Part shown: piece by piece, positions 1 to 10,982 of the stretch | Numbering within the stretch: position 1 is the stretch's first letter | Layout: every line of letters starts with the position of its first letter | Assembly: GCF_009914755.1 (NCBI RefSeq) | Contig: NC_060927.1 | Strand: one strand, 5' to 3' | Length of the DNA: 64,000 nt | From: the human T2T-CHM13v2.0 reference genome, Homo sapiens | The notes under the pieces: generated by a model | Told to the model about the DNA's origin: nothing | Seen by the model: the letters and a program-made list of their open reading frames with translations, nothing else | Databases searched by the model: none | Position numbers and translations under genes: made by a program

Positions 1-428
1 ATATGTATACATGTGCCATGTTGGTGTGCTGCACCCATTAACTCGTCATTTACATTAGGTATATCTCCTAATGCTATGCCTCCCCTCTCCCCCCACACCA
101 CAACAGGCCCCGGTGTGTGATGTTCCCCTTCCTGTGTCCAAGTGTTCTCATTGTTCAGTTCCCCTAGTTCAACCATTGTGGAAGACAGTGTGGCGATTCC
201 TCAGGGATCTAGAACTAGAAATACCATTTGACCCAGTCATCCCATTACTGGGTATATACCCAAAGGATTATAAATCATGCTGCTATAAAGACACATGCAC
301 ACGTATGTTTATTGCGGCACTATTCACAATAGCAAAGACTTGGAACTAACCCAAATGTCCAACAATGATAGACTGGATTAAGAAAATGTGGTACATATAC
401 ACCATGGAATACTATGCAGCCATAAAAA
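1..428 (-). mobile_element. 5'-truncated, 5'-inverted L1PA (about L1PA4-5). 3' end on the minus strand at 1-163; inverted internal ORF2 piece on the plus strand at 164-428; poly(A) lies left of the window
   Basis: 1-163 is the reverse complement of the L1PA 3'UTR/ORF2 end. 164-428 is sense ORF2 C-terminus (…LVQPLWKTVWRFLRDLELEIPFDP…CCYKDTCTRMFIAALFTIAKTWN). Confidence 0.95.
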
Positions 429-543
429 GTATTTGGCAATTCTTAAGAAAAGCTCATCAGCTATTGTTAATGTAGTTTATGTGTAACTCAAGCCAATTAT
501 TCTTCCATGTGGCCCAGAGAAGCCAAAAGACTGGATACCCCTG
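429..543 (-). mobile_element. MER30 (hAT-Charlie MITE) terminal part
   Basis: agctcatcagctattgtt…ccatgtggcccagagaagccaaaagactggatacccctg matches the reverse complement of the MER30 5' end. Confidence 0.8.
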
Positions 544-849
544 CTTTTGAGCCAGAAAAACCTGTTTTAAAATTCTCCCTCTGCCACTCACCACTTAGGT
601 GATCTGAATGTATTACTGTGACTACACATCCTTATTTGGAATTCCATGGGTAGAACTTAAAGCAAGTTCTTTTCTCTTTACATAAGTGGACTCTGGTCTA
701 ATACTTACAGTGATAGAGTATGGGTAAATACACAAATAGACTTTTAAGGGTATCCTTTAGCCTTCAGACTTTCTGAGACCCGCTGAGATACAGAAGAGAA
801 GAAGTGGAGAGATTCCATGGGCAAAAAGGGACTTGAGAGTTATGGCTCC

Positions 850-958
850 TCAAGATCTAGGTTCTTATTCTCACTGAGCCTCGGCTTCTTCATCTCTAAA
901 ATGGAGAATATTTAACTTGTAGAGATATTATGAAGGTAAAAATAGATAATTTAGCACA
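850..958 (+). mobile_element. MIR fragment
   Basis: ctgagcctcggcttcttcatctctaaaatggag resembles the MIR core. Confidence 0.6.
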
Positions 959-959
959 A

Positions 960-2290
960 TGCTATATATATATGTTTTAAATACTTGTCTTTTGCCAGAT
1001 ACCGGTTTGCAAATCTTTTCTTGCCATCTATGGATTATGTTTCCATCCTCTTCACATGTCTTCTGCAGAGGAAAAGTTTTTAATCTTAATGATTTACAAC
1101 TTGTTAGTTTTTCCTTTTCCTGGATTATGCTTTCAATGTCATGTCTGAGAACTGTTTGTCTAGCCCTAGGTTATGAAAATTTTTTCTATGTTTTTTAAAG
1201 AGCCTTATTGAAATATAATTAACATACTGTACAATTCACCCATATAAAGTGTACAATTCAATAGTTTTTAGTTAGGTTCACAGAGTTGTGCAACTGTCAT
1301 TCTGATAAGTTTTAGAACATTTTCATCACCCCAAGCAGAAGCTTTGTACCCATTAGCAATTATGCTCTATTTCTCCCCATCTTCCTTGTCCCCCCAACCT
1401 AGGCAAACACTAATCTACTTTCTGTCTCTGTAGATTTGCCTATTCTGGACATTTTATATAAATAGAATCTGTGGTCTTTTGTCACTGGCTTCTTTCACTT
1501 GAACAGTGTTTTCAAAGTTCATCCATGTTGTAGCATGTATCAGTATTTCATTCCTTTTCATTGCAGAATAATATTCCATTGTATTAATATGAATATATAA
1601 GATTTTGTTTATCTATTCATTAGTTTATGGACATTTGATTGTTCCCACTTTTTGGCTACTATGAATAATGCTGCTATGAACATTTGTGTACAATATGTGT
1701 ATGGACATATGTTTCTTATATATCCAATATGTACATAAAAAGAATATGGTACATATATTGGTGTATGGTTGGTAGAAATGCCTATTCAGAGTCTTTGTCC
1801 ATTTTTTGTTTTAATCTTTTTATCATTGAATTGTAAGAGTTTTAAAAGATATTCTGGATATAAGTCGTTTATTAGATATATGATTTGCAAATGTTTTTTC
1901 CATTCTTTGGGTTGTGTTTTCATCTTCTTGATGATATCATTTGTAGCACAAAGTTTTAGATTCCATTGAAGCTCAATTTCTCTATTTATTTATTATTATT
2001 ATTTTTGGTCTCTTGTGTGCTGTTGTATCTAAGAATCCATTGCCTAAGCCAAGGTCACAAATTTACTCCAATGTTTTCTTTTAAAAGTTGTATAGTTTTT
2101 GCTGATACATTTAAGCCCTATTATACATTTTGACTTTTGTGTATGATGTAAAAATTTCTTATGCTTCCTTCTAAAAATTATATAGGTTTGTGTTTTTGTG
2201 TTTTACATTTAAATCTGCGATCCATTTAAGTTAATTTTTGTATAATGTATGTCAATTATGCCAGTATCATTTGTTGAATGTAAGCTAAAT
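960..2290 (-). mobile_element. Old L1M fragments: an L1MB-type 3' end (about 1197-2150) inserted in an older L1M
   Basis: ttattgaaatataattaacatac…aaagtgtacaattcaatagtttttagt…ttcacagagttgtgcaac is the typical L1MB 3' end in antisense. It is flanked by similar aaaattttttctatg / aaaaatttcttatg sequences. Confidence 0.8.
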
Positions 2291-3181
2291 TTTTAGGTAA
2301 AAATTTAAGTGCCCTATATACAGTCAGACTTCAAGCTGGTTTTTCTTCAGAGAAGGAAATACATTTGAGAAGGGATCTTCCACTTTATTTAGACTTTAAA
2401 GAAGAAAAATAAATAGAAAGTAGAAATATTAAGAAACTACGAAGTAGGTGTACCACCTCCATTTTTCCAATTGCAAAAAGAAGATAGTTTTTATAAAGGT
2501 GCTTCATAATACCACTTAAAAGATTTGCAAATAGAATAGTATTTAATGAGATTATCTTCCAATAAAGAAAATGGAAAGGTTTCTCACTGAAGGTGAAAAC
2601 ACATATATTATTTTAAAAGTTCTGAAGTCTTCAAACTAAAATAATGTACTATAACAAAAAAACTTGGTTTTTCATATTTCAAGTCTTTTTGTCTGGATCT
2701 TTGTTCATTCATGGCTTTTATTAGGTTTGCAAACAGTTGGTGGACATGTGGTGAAGTCACACCTCATTAACAGAATATAAATTTTCCATGTGGTTTTGTT
2801 GCCTCTTTGCAGTTATTTTGCTCTAAGACAAACTTCTGTTTCATAAAAGTTGGGCCTTTCTGTCTTGGGAAATCTCTGCAGATACTTCATATTTGTTTTA
2901 AATTACACATCGTCTCTTAAGTTTTCCAGTCATGCTTTATACTTCATTGTGTGCCTTAAAAATGTTGTATTATTAGGATCCTCACCTTGAAAGATTGTTT
3001 CAAAAAATTGTTATTACATTGAAATAAGTCTTTTAAAGTACAACAGTGTCCTGTTATCTAGATTAGATGGATAACTGAGGATTAGAATATGTATGGAAGA
3101 TCAGTCACCAGTTAAATTGGTTGGTTAGTTATAAAGTATATGTTGACAGTGTGCATAGTGCTTTGTGATACTCTTGAAAAA

Positions 3182-3310
3182 AATTTTAATTGACATATAA
3201 TTTTATAATTAGCATACCATAAACTTCACCTTTTAAAGTGTACAAGTTAGTGCTTCTTTTTAATATGTTCACAAAGTTGTGCAACTGTTACCCCTATCTA
3301 ATTCTACATT
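3182..3310 (-). mobile_element. L1MB/ME 3'-end fragment
   Basis: ttttaaagtgtacaagttagtg…atgttcacaaagttgtgcaactgtta. Confidence 0.65.
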
Positions 3311-3824
3311 GTTATTTGTTAATTGCTTATTATTTATTTATTTTTTACTAGTTTTTTATGTGTAGCTTACTTCAAAATATATTTGAGGTAATTTACAGTA
3401 AGAGACTCATTATAACAGGGCCACTATGATATAAGAGGTCAAAAACAGTAGTAGAAAGGAAAGAATACCAAAAACTCAAACTGAAATTAATGTAGTATTG
3501 CTATTAGGCAAAGCATATAAATCCAGAACTCTGAATCTGGTAGCATTTTTTTCTTCTATCATGGTGCAAAATTTATTTCTCCTAAGAACTTGCTTTTCTT
3601 AAACAAGTCAAATCACACTGTTTCTTCCCTCTTTAAAGTTCCCTCTTGATTCTCACAGCCAAAAGTCATGTTTCATATTAATGTTTGAGACTTATTCAAG
3701 GTCACATATATTTGGGGGGCAAACATGGCATATCTTCTTGTAGTATCAATTTTTCCTAAAAAATTTAGAGAAGAACCAATATTTTATATTAATTTTAAAA
3801 CATTGCTTAATGTAAAAAATAGAT

Positions 3825-3995
3825 ATAGAGTGGAATGAAGAATTTGCCTGAAATCAATGCAAGATTTCAAATAGATATGCTCAATTGTGATCTCAGCTGA
3901 GAAAAAATGAAGTGAAAATAGAGTAGAATAACGAATTTGCCTGAAAGGAATGCAAGACTTCAAATAAATGTTGTGCTCAATTGTGATCTCAACTG
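3825..3995 (+). repeat. Diverged two-copy tandem duplication, period 93 bp
   Basis: atagagt…gaatttgcctgaaa…aatgcaaga…ttcaaata…tgctcaattgtgatctca occurs at 3825 and again at 3918. Confidence 0.9.
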
Positions 3996-4514
3996 GTAAG
4001 TGTGATCTCAGGAACCCTTCTGCCCTTCCTAGTACATATTTTCTCTTTGCCAGTAGTGATGCTGCCTTGGAAATACCTGCAAAAACTGCAAAGTTCTGGC
4101 TTACCAAACCAAACACACACACCCAGGGACATACCAAAAACAAAACAAAACAAAACAAAGCAAAAACCTCAGAAACAAAACAACCCAACAAATGCCCAAG
4201 CCTTATTTCCAAATCCTAAGATTGGTATAAAACCACTCACAATATGCTAAACTTCTCTCAGATTGGGACCAATATTGGGCCTTTTCCAGATTCTTCTTGC
4301 CTGGAACACCACCATGCTTCCTGCCCAGACTATCAGATCACCACTCCTTCCTCGGGTCTCAGCTGTGAAATTTCTGTACAAGTTGCTATGTTCCCTAGGC
4401 ATTGTGTTTCTGACTCTGTCCTCTGTTGCTGGAATTACCACAGTGAATTATTATGGAATGGAGGGCAGTCTGATTAGGCATAGAGTACGATGGTAATGGA
4501 TGTATATTCCTTCT

Positions 4515-4640
4515 TAACTGCAGACTCCTCAAAAGCAGGGTTCATCTTTTACTCATCTTTATATTCTTGGTGCTTCCTATTGCTCCCGACACATAGTACA
4601 TATTTAATAAATGTATTCTGGAATTAATGAATAAATTCTG
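4515..4640 (+). mobile_element. L2 3' end
   Basis: …acacatagtacatatttaataaatgtattctggaattaatgaataaa is an L2 tail. Confidence 0.7.
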
Positions 4641-4748
4641 AATGATAATAATTTGTGGAGTATAGTAATGCAGATAATTTTATTTGGGCTTAGTAGTTTG
4701 TTGTTGTTTTGTATTTTAGAATAAATGGTTTTCTCATATATCTTATTC

Positions 4749-5420
4749 CCTTCTTAGTACATCCCAGTAAGACTTCTAGCACCCATCAGTGTACTGAAAC
4801 TGCTCTTGCTGGGTCAACAACAACCCAGGGTCCAAATCTAGTGGACTTTTTTTTCCCGTTGCTTTCTTAATGGAGCTTTCCATTGCATTTGACACTATTG
4901 TAACTTCTTCATTTTTGAAGCTCCTTACTCTCCTACTTCTGAAACAGTGCCCTCTCCCACATCTTCTTATATCAACTATTACATGTCAACAGGCTATTCT
5001 TCTGGCTGCTTCTTAAGTGTTTGTTAGTGTCCGCAGGTTCTATCTTCCACTCTTGTCCTTCTCTACCTTGCACTGGGGCATCTCCCTCTGTAGTCTCCCT
5101 GTGTCTGTTCTGTGACCATAATCCTTAGATTGGGGTCCTTAGTTCAGTTCTTGTGTGAATATTCTTCTCATCTCTGCAGCTGCCTCCTTGGCATTGCCAC
5201 CAGAATAGTCCAAAGCTTCACAAATGTTTTATGTCTAAAATGAAATTCCCCTTCTTTCCTGCTAAACTAGTTCTTCTATTAACATATTCTTTCTCTCATT
5301 TTATGAAAGTATACCATCTACTCAATTACTGAAGCTGGAAATCTGGCAGTCCTCTAGGATCCTTCTTCTTTACTTTCCCCTTCAAATTAACCATGAAAAC
5401 CTCTCATTTTTTTCCCCTGT
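4749..5420 (+). mobile_element. L2 body fragment
   Basis: actgaaactgctcttg…ccaaatctagtgg…gcatttgacacta matches the L2 consensus. Confidence 0.7.
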
Positions 5421-5862
5421 GTATTTCACAAATTAATTTTATTATCCAAAGCGATGGCCTTCTCTCTCCAGTACTACCGCAGGGTGGAGAGTGCATATGG
5501 GGAGTGGAGAAACTGACACTATCTAGCCCAGTGACCTCATTTTGAACCTAGTAATCCAGGACTTGTCAGTTATATGGGCATATATTAAACATTAAATAAT
5601 TGGTGTTTTCTGGTCCTGGCATTTCCAGAAGCACTCTGTCTTTTTTTCACAGCTACACATGCACTATTTCTTGGTTCGTGCCTCATAGTTCCCCTGCTGG
5701 CCTGTCCTGCCCTAGGATTCTTTGGATTACCCTAGACCTAGAATGACTTGGGTCTTTTCCAGAGCCACATTAGGGAATGTTCTCCAGAACTTCTTTCACA
5801 TTCAGCATTCCCTGCATCCAAGTAGCAGTCAGAGGACTCTGGCATGGCCAGGAGACCTGCAT

Positions 5863-6306
<444 letters not shown>

Positions 6307-6319
6307 ACTTGGGCTGGAA

Positions 6320-7202
6320 TCCGGGGATGATTAGGAAAAACAAGCCATGCCTTGTCTTCCATACACTCACACCCAACACTGATACTTCGCTTCTGGCCAC
6401 TAAAATATGTGGAGGTTTTTCCTACACAGCCAATTCTCTGACACCAGCTGAGTGTCTTACAATTCAACGCAGTTCTGACACTATCTACCCACAGGTTAAG
6501 GGCTCAGTCCCACAAGACTGCCCTTATTTCAGACACTGATCACAAGTCCAGATTGTCACTTACACTCCTCACCTACGGCTATCAATCAGAGGTTCCCATG
6601 AGTGTGTCCTTAGGTTTGATCATTTGCTAGAATGGTGCACAGAACACAGGGAAACACTTTACTTATGTTTACCTGTTTAATACAAAGGATACAACCCAAG
6701 AACAGCCAGATGAAAGAGATTCATAGAGCAAGGTCCAGGGGAAGCACTAGATTTGGACAGTGGGTTGTTGTTGACCCAGCAAGAGCAGTTTCAGTACACT
6801 GATGGGTGCTAAAAGTCTTACTGGGATGCACTAAGAAGGTAGCATTCCTAGCACCTCCATGTGTTAGGGAAGCTCTCCAAACCCTGTCTTTTTGGGTTTT
6901 TATAGAGGTTTCATTAAATAGTCATTGTTGATTAAATCATTGGCCATTAGTGATTTAGTCAACCTCCAGTCCTGCCCCTCTCCCTGGACTTTGGGGGTTG
7001 AGGCTGAAATCCCAACCCTCTAATCACATGGCTGGTCCCTCTGGCAACCAGCCCCCATCCTGAGGCTATCCAGGAGCCTCCAGCCACCAGCCATCCAATA
7101 AGTATACAAAAAGAAACATCATTTTGGAGATTTCCAAGGGTTTTAGAAGCTGTGCACATGGATACTGGGCAGAGACCAAATATATATTTCTTATTATGTC
7201 AT
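6320..7202 (-). mobile_element. MER21-family LTR (MER21B/C), interrupted at 6745-6839 by a foreign insert
   Basis: The reverse complement of the right end is tgacataataagaaatatatatttggtctctgccc…aaaacccttgg. Internal ggttaagggctcagtcccacaagactgcc. Confidence 0.8.
6745..6839 (-). repeat. Inverted 95-bp copy of 4749-4843
   Basis: Manual alignment gives 91/95 identity with no gaps. Confidence 0.97.
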
Positions 7203-9351
7203 GGGCAATTACCATTTTCTCCTGGGCTGGCAGGGAATAGGTCTGCTTAGCCAGCTCTCAATCTGCAGCTCCATGTCATGACTCTACCATTGATTCCATA
7301 GAGGGAGAATCTTATTTCACTTTAAGGATATTGCTTCTTACTCTTTTTTTTTGGTGGGGGGGGGGGTCATTATTGTTTTTCTCTCTTACAGTTTTTTGGT
7401 CATTACTGTTTTCCCATACTTGTCAGAGAGTAATCCCCCCACCCCACCTCCCTGTTTTCTCTCTCCTGTCAGTCCCAGCACTCTCTAAAAGACATGCTTG
7501 TAAATACGGTCATTTTTATACCTTTTTAATTTTCTTCCCTCTGTCACAAAAGATTTGAAATATTATACCACTGTACGACCAGATAGATGTTAAATTTCAC
7601 TTACCTTATAGGCAAGAGTTTCTTTTTTAAACAGGATTGTGGGGTGATAGGATCTCATTGTTTAGAAAACCAGAGGGGTAGCTCCTGTTGTCAGCGATGA
7701 TTAAAAATTAAAGGTAGTGTCTGCTTCTGATTTATCTGTATTTACTTAAGCAGATGTGTTTTTGATTGTCTATCACCTAGGGCTGAAAAAAGGGCACCAA
7801 ATCAGTGATTCTATTATTTTCTTTGAAAAGTTGAGGGCTATGTCCAAACTTGAGGCCAAACTATGTTGAAAATAGGTAATTTAAATGCCTGGTTTGTTAG
7901 GAGTAAATTACCGCTGCCAGTGGATTCCGTGGCTGCTTGGCAGGGGTAATTTGCTTCATTGCAGTGTTTTCTAGTTGAGGTAAATTATTCCTTTTAGAAA
8001 GTTAAATCTTCGTAGAGAAAGTAAACATTTCATCTTTGAGAAGGAAGAATAGCTTGTTAAAATATTGAAAACATTTATTGAACATCTAACATGAAGCTTT
8101 GACGGGAAGAAAAGAGATACATTTTAGAGAACAAGACTTTTTACCGAGAGTATGCCTTGAGTAAAGCACTTAGTAGGGGCATTAGTTATCTAGAGGGAAA
8201 GATCCGATACTTGGGGAATGAAGAGAGAGGCAAGCCAGGAAATGGGAAGGAAGGAGGAAGGTGGAAAGGTACCCAAGACACATTCTGCTGTTACTCCGTA
8301 GTGACCCTTTCCGAAGCCTGTATTTCCTGAGCCAAGACCTTCCATTGTCTTTCAAATATCAGGCCTGGTTTTGCTCTTCATAGGAAATGAGTTCATTGTT
8401 TTTGACGTCCTGTCGATTTTTTCCCCTCAAAGAGTAGATAATTAGAACTTTGATGAAGAAAAGGTCCTATGTTCTGTTTTATACATAATCATTTTCTGAA
8501 CCATCAAGTGTAATTCAGCTTCAATCTTCAGGGCGAATGAAGATTACTTAGGATGTATTAAACTGTGTGAATTTAATGTTCATGACAAGTGTTTCATAAA
8601 GGAAGATGCTGGCTATTATCTCTCCTCAGAAGGAAATTGTTGATAAGAAACCATTCTGAGAAGTAAGATTTATGGCAACATCAGAGGCTAGAGAAGCTGG
8701 GGCAGCTGAGCACCCAGGACGATCAGGACAACTAGGACAATTCAGTTTTTCTTGTGCTGTCTTTTGTGTTACAAAAACAAAAAAAAATAAATTTTTATAT
8801 AGCCTCACTCCAAAAGCAATTAAGGAAAATATTTATTCATTAAAAGCAATGCTGTATTTTAATGAAGCATGTTAATGAGTGACAGAGATAGTTTATTAAA
8901 AAGGGATAGCAGTGAGAGAGCTTTCCCCCTTTTTATTGTTTTTCCCCTCAAATAAAATCCTTACATTTGAATAATTTATTGATTCAGGACAGAGTGGGTT
9001 GGTAATTTTATCTTGACCTCATTCATCCAAAGAACCATATAACCCAAATACAAAAAGTCAGACTCTTATGCTTCAAAAACCAATGCTATTTAAGTAAATG
9101 AAGTTAATTTAACTCATTCTCTTTAAACAAACTGGCTGGAAGGGTCAACTTTTCAATGACTGTACAATCAGCAACTATGCTTTTAATATCGTACTTTTCC
9201 AATTGTATTCTGTGGATGGTTGGTCATCTCTAAAGGTACTTCAGGTCATTTACTGTAGAATTTATGTTTATAACACTGTATTTTATTTCTTCTAGAGTTC
9301 ACCAAAAGCAGTGTCATTTCATCTTTTAACTGAAAACAGATATTCTTTAAG

Positions 9352-9774
9352 ATGTTAGTTTCCTGTGGTTGCTGATATAAATTATCGTAAACTTGGTGGC
9401 TTAAAACAGTGGAAATTTGTTTTCTCACAGCTCTGGAGGCCAAATTTCAAAAATCAAGGTGTCGACAGGGTCCCACTCCATATGAAAGCTCTAAGGAAGC
9501 ATCCATTTCCTGCCTCTCCAGCTGGAGGTAGCTTCTGGCATTCCTTGGCTTGTGGTTGCATGATGCCAGTCTCTGCCTCTGTGGTCACATTGCTTCCTCC
9601 TCTTTTGTCTGAAAACACCCTCTGATTGCATTTAGGGCCAAACTTCTCAAGGCCCTTAATTTAATCACTTTTTCTTTTTGGCAGTGGGAGGGAGCATATA
9701 AAGTAATAATCACAGGTTCTGGAGATTAGGACATATACGTAATTGTTTTGGGGGCCACCATTCAGCCTACTACA
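9352..9774 (-). mobile_element. MLT1C-like MaLR LTR
   Basis: tgttagtttcctgtggttgctg…aaacttggtggcttaaaaca…ggggccaccattcagcctactaca. Confidence 0.85.
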
Positions 9775-10982
9775 AATACTTTATTCTTTTTTATTGCTCC
9801 ATAGATTTAGAATGTTCACTCTACCTATCCTACCTGTATTAAGAATATATCATCATAATCTTTCTAAAATCCCATGTAGATCTAGATAGAGCAGAAAATA
9901 CAAACTTTTCCCTTTCCCAGTAATCAACCTACATTTAATTATTCATGCTATGATGGACTGCATAAATTAAAGAAAAAATAGAAAATCTGAAAGGGAAGAT
10001 AATGATCTCATTGTTATTTGTAGTTGACCATGGTCAACTATAAAAGTATAAAAATACTAAAATTATTAAATGTCATATTTATGATCATTTGTTCACCTGA
10101 AGAGTATTGAATAATAAGGGGTACATTTGGGTTATACTGAATGAGTGTTGAAAATGATTGAAAATCATTGAAAATAATTTATTTGGGGTTGAAATTTTAT
10201 CAAATAAATAATCTATAAGGTGTATACATTATGAGCAAGTTAGCAAGAGTGTCTTGATACAAAGTATTGGTAAAAGAAAAGATAGTTCACACTGAGTTTG
10301 TTTTCAATTTAATTCATTTTTGCAGATGTCAACAAAATCTTTCACCTTTTTATAGTATTTAGGAAGAAGAGAGCATGTAAGGTCAAACTTTAATTAACTT
10401 TTCTTTGCCTATACTGGACTTTCCCTACACAAGTAGGTACTTATATTCTGATCACAAGTCCCCACACGTCGGTTGTAGATAGCAATGTCAAGTTAGTGCA
10501 TACCCAGCTACTAAAGTTTACTGGACTTTCAGGTGTTCTTGGCATGCCAGGCAGGTGGTACCCAGTTATTTAGAGAGATCTTTCTTTCAGACCTTAGACA
10601 TGTCTTTTACATATAAATTACTTAGGTACTTTGACCGCATCATGTGGTTCAGTTTGTTTTACAATGAAGACTAGAGCTTGGGGAAGGGTGGTTTTTGTTG
10701 CCCATGCTTACCTGAAATTCAGAAAACTTATCTTGAAGGAGCCAGAGCCAGTTGGTATATCTCTGAGAACTGTCCTTAGACTCTTAGCTGGGTGGTGTTT
10801 TCCTAGTCCTTGTGTAAAAGGATAAAGATGGTGGAATGTATAAGGTAAAGTGTTTTTAGGATATACGTATCTGGGTGCCACAAAGGGCATGAGTAGGGAA
10901 CAGTGAAGGATAAGGGTGAAACCATTCATTGATCCTAATCATGGAAAGCCTTGAATACCAGGCTTAGAAGTTTGGATTTTCT

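Noticed and set aside
3784-4250. Overlapping 142/83/82-aa ORFs with an internal peptide repeat
   Set aside because: They are explained by the 93-bp duplication and a (CAAAA)n tract. No coding signature.
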